Assembly: GCA_025594325.1 (NCBI GenBank)
Contig: JANHCV010000001.1
Span: forward strand, 930,001 to 994,000
Length of the DNA stretch: 64,000 nt
Direction of reading: 5' to 3'
DNA from: Blastocladiella emersonii ATCC 22665
Taxonomy: Eukaryota; Fungi; Blastocladiomycota
The notes beneath the pieces were generated by a model. The model was not told the DNA's origin. It did no database searches and saw only the letters and a program-made list of their open reading frames with translations. A program made the translations under genes and the position numbers. Positions 23,869 through 31,749 of this stretch are shown here, piece by piece; the stretch's first letter is position 1; every line of letters begins with the position of its first letter.

Positions 23869-24507
23869 ATGAAAGCGAATGAAGTAGCTGCAGCCGCGCC
23901 AGTGAAGTTGTGCCTTCCCAAACTCCTTAAGCTGGTCCTCTTGCACGCTGTGCGCCTGCACCTCCGCTGCGCTCCGGATGATCTTGCAGGCTTTATGCAG
24001 TACGCGCGCGTGACTTTGCGCAACCAGTGCCCGGCCGTGATCCGCACCATCTTGCAGGGCTCGCCAATTTGTTCCATAGACGAGGCGAGCGGTCGCGGCA
24101 ACATGGCACTGCTCAACGTTTGGCTCCATTCCGGACTTGAGCCCAAGTACTCGACGAGCGCAATCCAATGGGCTGCTCGACTCATGAACTTGCGCTCGCT
24201 TGAATGGTGGCGCATGTCCGGCCTCCCTCTCAGTGCGCTGTTTCTCGCCGCCAACTTTCCGCAGTCGCTTCACATTCTGCGCATCAACAACACGCAGATC
24301 GCTCGCGCTGGGCAGCGTGCGATCAGGGGAGCTGCTCCGGACCAGTTTGAGTTCGAAGTTGCCATGCCTCCGCCCATATCGCTAACCGGCGCGATGCCGA
24401 GTGTTCCGCCTCCTTTTCCTTTGCCAGCGAGCTTGAATGATGCTTTCGCTTCACTCCCTAGCGTTGACAACGTGCTGGCGAGCGTACCGCCTCCCTTTCC
24501 TTTCTAA
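23869..24507 (+). CDS. Ankyrin-like repeat protein of the 'WW..SGL' type
   Basis: Two repeats: IDEASGRGNMALLNVWLHSGLEPKYS and AIQWAARLMNLRSLEWWRMSGLPL. Pro-rich C-terminus with a duplicated SVPPPFP motif. Confidence 0.55.
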   Translation: MKANEVAAAAPVKLCLPKLLKLVLLHAVRLHLRCAPDDLAGFMQYARVTLRNQCPAVIRTILQGSPICSIDEASGRGNMALLNVWLHSGLEPKYSTSAIQWAARLMNLRSLEWWRMSGLPLSALFLAANFPQSLHILRINNTQIARAGQRAIRGAAPDQFEFEVAMPPPISLTGAMPSVPPPFPLPASLNDAFASLPSVDNVLASVPPPFPF

Positions 24508-26208
24508 CTTTCACCACTGAGTGTCTGCATTGCTATCAATAATACAAGTTGTGGTCAATCAATGTGTCCGATCTTGGCTGCAAGATTGTCGCTGAGCAAG
24601 TGACGCGACGCGACGCGACGTGGCACAACGCGCCTGCTCCTTGTCAGGGAGTGAAACACTGACACCACCTGCAGCGCCGCTCATATCTATTGTGTCGAGT
24701 TCGGCCGCACTTGAAAATGTAGGAGAACATAGTGCATAACTCTTCTCGATCCGCAGGATCAGCAGAAACGTGGAAACGCGGAAACGGCAGCGCGCCGTCT
24801 GCACTGCAAGCTGCATGCCGCCGCAGACGCGGCGAAACATGCCCAGTAGTTTTTGAGTGTAGCTATATCAACCAATGGAAGCGAAAACGCCATGGCAAGC
24901 AGGGGGACTTGACGATGACAAAACATCGTTGTGATGGAAATCTGATCAGCATCAGGTGATGCCTTGTCGTTGTTGTCCCTTCACCAAGGGAACTAAATGG
25001 GGACGTTCAGGTCCCCTCCTCAGCGTCCCAGGGCAGCTGAAACCGGCCGGGTTTGCCCGCTGCACAGAAACGTGACCTATCACCTGAATTAGACGCGTTT
25101 TTGTCTTGCACCCACCAACCCGTCTGTCTCGCGCGCTGCCTTCAGCGCCGAGTGATCGCCGACCAGAACTCATGCGTTATAACGTTGAAATGCAAAGCGT
25201 CGAGCCAGAGTGCGTAGGAATTGCACGCGGTGCGGCGTTGGGGCTGTGCTCTAGCGCGCACTGCTCCAATCATGCGCGCTACTGCAGAAGCCTTGCGCAG
25301 TCATGAACGAGGGCCAGTCATTCGTCGTGACCGTACGAAAGCACCGCGGGTTGTCCGGTTTGGAAATTGCCCACGACCTACTTGATGGGATGAGGTGGTC
25401 GCATGGTTCAAGGCGTTGGGCATAAAGTAGCAACGCGGATGTGCTTCCAGCACGACTAACACCATGTTGCAAACTGGATCATACGGCGAGCGAGGTGGAG
25501 AGCGATCACACCGACGGCAGGGCTGAGCAGGTAAGCAAGGTTTGGCGACTAGTCAAGCGAGCGAGGCGACGCGAATGCACGTCCAATGGCTGATGAGCAA
25601 GGCCGTAGACTTGAGCGGCTTGCCAGGCGGCAAGGTCAGCAAGCTGAGAAGGTCAACGCGCGGGAAGGGGGCGCGGAAGGCGGCGAACGAGCACAACAGC
25701 GGCGACGGGGTTGAAGATTATGGTGTGACGAGGGACCGCGAGTGCAAGGATGTTGCAAGCGAGAGCGCTGCGGGTGCGAGGTGCCCACGACGTAGGGGAG
25801 ACGTGCGGAGGTGGGTGTGGCGACAGCTACTACGGCAGCGCACAAGTAGCTGCCGCTCATGGCACGAGGCGTACGAGCAGGGGCGCAGCGTGAGAGCGGG
25901 AGGAGAGTGAGGCCGACTGCGAGCCCTGCTGCAGTTGCTGGGGGAAAGAGGAGGAGGCGACGACAAGGATGAGGGTGAAGATGGGGATGAGCGCAAGAGC
26001 ACGGTACGCGTCCGCAGCGGCAAGCGAGAAGGCACACGGGGGATCGCACAAGGGGCGGGGGCGGATGCGTGCAGCCTGTGACAATTGAGAGCGAGGCCAA
26101 TCAGGCAGCACTGCCAGCCGTTGGGTTGCGCGGGACGGGTCTGATGCGGGTGCGTAAGGCAGAGGAGAGAAGGAGCGGTTTGCAACAAGAACTTATATGG
26201 GCGCGAGC

Positions 26209-26389
26209 TGATCTGCCACAGCCGGATTGCCCTGACAGCCCTCAGTTGGGCCATCCGGATAGCTATTTGTCGTCTCTGAATATGTCCCCGATCTTTGGTA
26301 TATAAACCCTGCGCGACCCTTTGTTGGGTCGCCAGCTTCCTCTCTCTGAATACCTCATATCGTATATCAAGGGGCTCCGTCCTGTATCA
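26209..26389 (+). repeat. 5' LTR (181 bp) with TATA box (TATATAAA) and a 7-bp hairpin
   Basis: Base-by-base match to 31303-31483 except C>T at LTR position 6 and in CTCAGT[T/C]GGG. Confidence 0.97.
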
Positions 26390-26391
26390 GC

Positions 26392-26399
26392 TGGTAGCG
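26392..26399 (+). promoter_or_regulatory. Primer-binding site, tRNA-iMet type
   Basis: TGGTAGCG lies 2 nt after the 5' LTR. It matches the first 8 nt of the Ty1/Ty3 iMet PBS (TGGTAGCGCC). Confidence 0.75.
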
Positions 26400-26419
26400 T
26401 CTGGACGTAACGCCATCCT

Positions 26420-26461
26420 ACACACACACACACACCACACCACCACACCACACACACACAC
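26420..26461 (+). repeat. CA/CAC-rich simple repeat in the retroelement 5' leader
   Basis: acacacacacacacaccacaccaccacaccacacacacacac is visible between the PBS and the gag ATG. Confidence 0.8.
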
Positions 26462-26485
26462 GCCAAGCGCTTCCTCACCAACACC

Positions 26486-29400
26486 ATGTCCGGCACCGAT
26501 CGCGCCCGCTCGGCCAGCCCGCCGCCGCCGCGCGCCGGCAGCCCGCCGCTGCAGCGTCCCGGCAGCCCGCTCGCGCCCGATCGCGACGTCTTTGTCGTCA
26601 TCTCGAACAACGACGGCCTGGTCCAGATCCACCGCGTCCTACACTTGGGCGGCCAGGTGTGCGAGCGCATCGAGACCAACCTGAACAACCTCTTCTTCCG
26701 CAACGACTTCAAGAAGGCGGTCGTGGCCAACAACGTCTACGTCCGCAACGCCGGCATTGACCGCCCGATCACGGCCAACGAGGCCAAGGCGTTCAAGATC
26801 GCCATCTCGCTCAAGCTGGCGCCACCCGTCGCCCAGCCCGTCATCCCCATCGACGCCACCTCTACGCCATCGCCACCCGCTCACCCCCACGACGCTCGAG
26901 ACGAGTACCTTCGCTGCAGCGCCTACAAGAACCCCCCCATCTACGCCAGCAAGGACAACGTCGGCGCCTTCGACCTGTTCTTGCGCTCAATCCTCGAGTA
27001 TTTCCGGGTCTACGGCATTGACGCGTCCGGCGAGGACTTCTTCGCCGCGCGCGTCAACGTCTTCAAGGTGGCGCTCAAGGACGCCGCCCTCGCCCACTTC
27101 AACGCCTACATCACGTCCGCCTGGGACATGGCGTTGGCGCAAGACGTGCTCAACGGCCTCAAGGAGACGTTTGTCCGCCACGCCCAGATCCACTTGTTCC
27201 AGAACCTGTTCTCAATCAAGCTTGAGGGCCGCACAGTTGACCAGTTCATCCAGGCGCTCAACATGATGCTCGTCCGAGCCTTCCCTGGCGGTGTCACGGA
27301 CGAGATCTACTTTGGCTTCGTGTGCGCCGGCCTGTCGCCCAAGCAGCTCAACAAGGTCGCCCGGTTCATGTCGCGCGAGGCGCTCATCAAGCGCTGCGTC
27401 CCGCGCAACGAGGTCCAGCCACTGCTTGTCAACGCCATTGGCCACTTGGTGCTCAACGACCCCAACGCCATGGACGTGGACAAGGTCGGCCTCAAGCCGC
27501 GATACCCCGACCGCACCGGCAGCAAGTCGCAGAACAAGAGGCCCGAGCTCAAGGCCAAGGACGGCACGCTGCTCTCCATGAAGACGTTCCTCGACTCGCG
27601 CTGCCCGTTCCACAACCATGATCACCTCGTCCGCAATTGCCAGAGCCTGGCCAAGGCGCTTAAGAAGGGGAACGTGTCTGTTCGCGCTGCGTTGGTTGTC
27701 AATACATCTGATTCTGCGTGTCTTTCTTTGTCTCCTTTAGAGAAGTCCAACGTGTCCGTGATCGCAATTGGCGCCGTCAACACCGTACCCATCATGAAGG
27801 TCACGGCGAGGCTGTGCGATTTTGGCAGCGGCAAGGTGACCGCTAAGATCGACTCAGGCGCCGCCGCGTGCTTTGTCAACCGGACGGTCTTGCCACACAA
27901 GTACGCAGCGACCCGGGTCGCTGTCAACTGCCGTTTGGCAGATGGGTCACTTTGGCGCCTCTTGGAGGCTGTTGACCTCTCGATTGGGGTGCGGGGGAGG
28001 GTCCACTGCGTACGGTGCTACGTCATGCCGCAGGCCAACTTTGACGTCCTCCTCGGTACAACGTGGCTCAGCGCAGCCAACCCGGACATCGACTGGACCG
28101 CGCGCACATTCAAGTGGCGCGCGCGTCCCGCGCCGCCCGCGGTTCCCGCGGCGGCAGTCGGTCCACCCGCGCTCCCCGCGGTGGCAGTCGAGGACGTCCC
28201 GGCCGCGCTGCCGCAGCCGACGCGCCTGACCGTCGCTGCGCCGTGCCCGAACGGTCCGCCCCCAGCAGTGCCCGCCGCCGAGAGCGAGTCCGAGTCGCTG
28301 TCGCTGTCTGCGCCTGTCGACCTGCAGGTTGTCTCGGCCAAGACCTTCGAGTTCTTTGCGCAACAGCGGCCAAATGACCTCTTTGCGGTGCACCTTGAGG
28401 CGACGCAGGTTGGGGTTGCTGCAGCAGACGTTGACAGTGAGGGCCATCCCGACGGTCTTGCACATCTCCTGACCCGCAACGCTGAACGTGTGCAGCCGCT
28501 GCTCAACGAGTTCAGCGACTGCTCAGTGGCATCCCCAAGGGCTTCATGCCTCCTGTGCGCGGCGACCTCGACTTCAAGATCAACATGGGGCCTGACATCA
28601 AGTACCCCAAGCCACGCTACACACGGAACCATGTCGCTGCGCAAGAAGGAGGCCCTCAAGAAGGAGATCGAGACGCTCCTCGCCCGCAGTGCCATCAAGC
28701 CGTTGACCGCCTCGTTCGCGTCGCCAATTCTCTTTGTGCGCAAGAAGGACGGGTCGCTTCGAATGTGCGTCAACTTCCGCGCCATCAACGCAAGCACGCT
28801 CGTTGACGCCTACCCGATCCCGCGCACCGAGGAGATGCGCGCCAGCGTGGCCAAGGGTCGCGTCTTCTCGTCAATTGACCTCGCCTCAGGCTACCACCAG
28901 CTCCAGGTGCACCCGGACTCGCGCAAGTGGACCACATTCTCGTGCGAGCGCGGCACCTTCAAGTTCGTGGTGATGCCCTTTGGCCTCGCTGGCGCCGGCT
29001 CGGCGTTTTTGCGCATGATGCGCGAGGTGCTTGGTCTGCTTGACGACTTGTTTGTCAGCTTCTACTTTGACAACATCGTGATCTTTTCGCCCAATCTGGA
29101 CTCACACCTCGTTCACCTGCGCAAGGTCCTGCAGACGTTGCGTGACGCCAAGCTGTACGCCAGCCCGAAAAAGGTCAAGTTCGCGCAGGACCACGCGCTG
29201 TACCTCGGCCACCTCATCCGCCACGGCGAGATCATCCCGGACCCCGACAAGATCCAGGCGATCGTCGACTGGCCGGCGCTCAAGACGCGCCACAACGTGC
29301 AGCAGTTCCTCGGTCTCGCGCAGTACCTGAGCGCGCACGTCCCGCACTACGCGTCCATTACGGCGCCGCTCACGGACCTGCTTGCCGGCGACAAGGAGGA

Positions 29401-31399
29401 CGCCGATTTCGACCACCCCAATGTCGCCGCGGCCTTCGCCAAGCTCAAGCGCCTGCTCACCGACCCCATCAAGCTGGCGCCGCCCGACCCCGACAAGCCG
29501 TTCAAGATCTACACAGACGCGTCAAGTTACGGGCTCGGGTTTGCGCTTGCGCAGGGCGGCCGCGTGCTGTTGTTCAACTTGCACAAGCTCAAGTCGTCGG
29601 AGCGCAGCAAGTCGGCGCACGACCTCGAGCTGCTGGCGCTCAAGGAGGCGCTGCGCAAGTACGGGTACCTGGTTGAGTCGCTCGAGTTCACTGTCTACGC
29701 CAACAATTCGGCGCTCACTTACTTCAACACCAAGGACCGCAAGCTCATGGCAGCGCAGCGCGACGCGCTCAACACCATCCAGCGGTACCTGCCCTTCAAG
29801 CTGCAGCACATCGCCAGCGTCAAGAACAAGATCGCCGACGCGCTCAGCCCTCGACCCAACTACGTCGCCAACCCGGCCACGCACCCCGAGGCGCCGCTCC
29901 TGCCAATTGACGTCGCAGCCGTTGACGCCACGCCCATCTTTGACGGTATGTCGGCCGCGCTCGCACTCGCGCCACTCGCCGTTGCGCACGGTCAACCCGA
30001 TCCCGCGCTGCTCAATGCAATCCGCGCTGGCTACCCCAAGGACCCGGCGTGCGCCAAGATTCTCGCCGACCTTGAGGCGCCGCCGTCGGCCTACAACACG
30101 CTCAGCAAGCGCAACTATTTCGTCCAAGACGGGCTCCTCTACTTCCTGCACCTGCGAGATCCCGCCCGCCTGTACGTGCCCGACGCCGCCAACCTCCACT
30201 CCCGCCTCATTGGCAAGTTCCACTCGGTCGGCCACCACGCGGTCAAGCGCACCTACGGCGCCCTGTTGGACGTGGCGTACTGGCCCAACATGTCCAAGTC
30301 GGTCGAGCACTACGTTGCCAAGTGCCCGACCTGCGCGCGCGCGCGCTGTATCCCGCAGCCGCCGGCGCCGCTCCAGCCGCTGCGCGTCCCGGCAGCGCCG
30401 TTCCAGGACATTGCCATGGATTTTGTCACCGGGCTGCCCGTTTCGCGCCCCGGGGGGTGGGACTCGATTCTCACGATTGTCGACCGGTTCTCCAAGTTCG
30501 CCGTCTTTGTGCCGTGTAAGAAGACCGAGACGGCCGCGTCCACGGCCAACCTTGTCTTCAACGCGTGGATCAAGCACTTCTCGTTCCCGACCACCATCGT
30601 CACGGACCGCGGACCGACCTTCACCGCCGCGCTCTGGGACACGCTCTGGACGCGCGTTGGCACGCAGCTGCGCCTCACCTCAGGCTACAACCCGCAAGCC
30701 AACGGCCAGGCCGAGGTCACCAACCGCGGGCTCGGCCAGCTGCTGCGCACCGCGCTCCTCGACCAGGACCCAGCGTCGTGGCCCGACAAGCTCCCGCTGG
30801 TCCAGCTCGCCTACAACACCGGACTGCACCACGCGCTCGACATGTCGCTGATCGAGGCCGCGTTCAGGTTGGCACCGCGGCTCCCGGCCGTGACGTTCTT
30901 GCCGCTCAGCATCGACCCAACGCGGTTCAAGGACGTCAAGAACCAGCTCCGCTACATCCACGAGCAGATCGTCAAGTTACAGCACCAGCTTGTCGAGCGC
31001 TCGACGCCCGCGCGCGAGCGCGCCATGCCCACAGTCGGCGGCCTCGTGTACCTCGACTCGACCAACATCAACCCCGCTCGCGCTAACATGCCCGACGCGC
31101 ACAAGCTGCGCGCCAAGTGGCTCGGCCCGTTCCGCGTCCTCGAGCAGATCAACCCCGTCTCGTTCCGCATCGAGCTGCCGCGCACGCTCGCCGGCGTCCA
31201 CCCGGTCTTCCAGGTCGAGAAGCTCAAGGTCTGCGTCGTCAACGAGGTGCCCGAGCCGCCCGCCGCTGGCGCAGTGGGCGTCTCCGCCGCGGCGGGGGTG
31301 GCTGATCCGCCACAGCCGGATTGCCCTGACAGCCCTCAGTCGGGCCATCCGGATAGCTATTTGTCGTCTCTGAATATGTCCCCGATCTTTGGTATATAA
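26486..31399 (+). CDS. Single gag-pol polyprotein (1637 aa), probably catalytically defective
   Basis: Gag knuckle CPFHNHDHLVRNC; protease IDSGA; RT FASPILFVRKKDG..IDLASGYHQ..VMPFGL..YFDN; RNase H IYTDAS..ELLA; integrase H..H/CPTC, IAMDFV, IVTDRG, GQAE. Confidence 0.93.
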   Translation: MSGTDRARSASPPPPRAGSPPLQRPGSPLAPDRDVFVVISNNDGLVQIHRVLHLGGQVCERIETNLNNLFFRNDFKKAVVANNVYVRNAGIDRPITANEAKAFKIAISLKLAPPVAQPVIPIDATSTPSPPAHPHDARDEYLRCSAYKNPPIYASKDNVGAFDLFLRSILEYFRVYGIDASGEDFFAARVNVFKVALKDAALAHFNAYITSAWDMALAQDVLNGLKETFVRHAQIHLFQNLFSIKLEGRTVDQFIQALNMMLVRAFPGGVTDEIYFGFVCAGLSPKQLNKVARFMSREALIKRCVPRNEVQPLLVNAIGHLVLNDPNAMDVDKVGLKPRYPDRTGSKSQNKRPELKAKDGTLLSMKTFLDSRCPFHNHDHLVRNCQSLAKALKKGNVSVRAALVVNTSDSACLSLSPLEKSNVSVIAIGAVNTVPIMKVTARLCDFGSGKVTAKIDSGAAACFVNRTVLPHKYAATRVAVNCRLADGSLWRLLEAVDLSIGVRGRVHCVRCYVMPQANFDVLLGTTWLSAANPDIDWTARTFKWRARPAPPAVPAAAVGPPALPAVAVEDVPAALPQPTRLTVAAPCPNGPPPAVPAAESESESLSLSAPVDLQVVSAKTFEFFAQQRPNDLFAVHLEATQVGVAAADVDSEGHPDGLAHLLTRNAERVQPLLNEFSDCSVASPRASCLLCAATSTSRSTWGLTSSTPSHATHGTMSLRKKEALKKEIETLLARSAIKPLTASFASPILFVRKKDGSLRMCVNFRAINASTLVDAYPIPRTEEMRASVAKGRVFSSIDLASGYHQLQVHPDSRKWTTFSCERGTFKFVVMPFGLAGAGSAFLRMMREVLGLLDDLFVSFYFDNIVIFSPNLDSHLVHLRKVLQTLRDAKLYASPKKVKFAQDHALYLGHLIRHGEIIPDPDKIQAIVDWPALKTRHNVQQFLGLAQYLSAHVPHYASITAPLTDLLAGDKEDADFDHPNVAAAFAKLKRLLTDPIKLAPPDPDKPFKIYTDASSYGLGFALAQGGRVLLFNLHKLKSSERSKSAHDLELLALKEALRKYGYLVESLEFTVYANNSALTYFNTKDRKLMAAQRDALNTIQRYLPFKLQHIASVKNKIADALSPRPNYVANPATHPEAPLLPIDVAAVDATPIFDGMSAALALAPLAVAHGQPDPALLNAIRAGYPKDPACAKILADLEAPPSAYNTLSKRNYFVQDGLLYFLHLRDPARLYVPDAANLHSRLIGKFHSVGHHAVKRTYGALLDVAYWPNMSKSVEHYVAKCPTCARARCIPQPPAPLQPLRVPAAPFQDIAMDFVTGLPVSRPGGWDSILTIVDRFSKFAVFVPCKKTETAASTANLVFNAWIKHFSFPTTIVTDRGPTFTAALWDTLWTRVGTQLRLTSGYNPQANGQAEVTNRGLGQLLRTALLDQDPASWPDKLPLVQLAYNTGLHHALDMSLIEAAFRLAPRLPAVTFLPLSIDPTRFKDVKNQLRYIHEQIVKLQHQLVERSTPARERAMPTVGGLVYLDSTNINPARANMPDAHKLRAKWLGPFRVLEQINPVSFRIELPRTLAGVHPVFQVEKLKVCVVNEVPEPPAAGAVGVSAAAGVADPPQPDCPDSPQSGHPDSYLSSLNMSPIFGI
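31291..31302 (+). promoter_or_regulatory. Putative polypurine tract
   Basis: G-rich GGCGGGGGTGGC immediately before the 3' LTR. Confidence 0.55.
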
Positions 31400-31483
31400 A
31401 CCCTGCGCGACCCTTTGTTGGGTCGCCAGCTTCCTCTCTCTGAATACCTCATATCGTATATCAAGGGGCTCCGTCCTGTATCA
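31303..31483 (+). repeat. 3' LTR (181 bp)
   Basis: Near-identical to 26209-26389 and followed by the TSD CGAGC. Confidence 0.97.
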
Positions 31484-31749
31484 CGAGCTCCCCCACGTGG
31501 CGAAGAGCGCCAGCCCGTGCTGCCTCGTGGGTGAGCGCCCGAGGAGCTGGGGCCAATCAGAGCCCTCGGGCGACGCCGCGTCACGTGAATTCGCGTATTC
31601 TTAGTAACGAGCCCTGGGACGTCGGTTTGGCTAGCCTGGACTCCCCCATTTAGTCCCCCTGCCTTCACCTCGTTGCGCCGGACGAACAGACGCAGCCCTC
31701 CCCGCCTGCCATGAATTCTTGCAGTCCCATGAAATAACTCCATGCAAAC

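Larger units (their letters stand above)
26209..31483 (+). mobile_element. Full-length Ty3/Gypsy LTR retrotransposon (5275 bp)
   Basis: Two 181-bp LTRs (TGAT...ATCA) differing at 2 positions. 5-bp TSD CGAGC at 26204-26208 and 31484-31488. Domain order gag-PR-RT-RH-IN. Confidence 0.97.

Noticed and set aside
26209-31483. Classical ascomycete RIP (CpA>TpA) acting on the retroelement
   Set aside because: The ORF has no stops, GC remains high, and the identifiable transitions are at CpG, not CpA.
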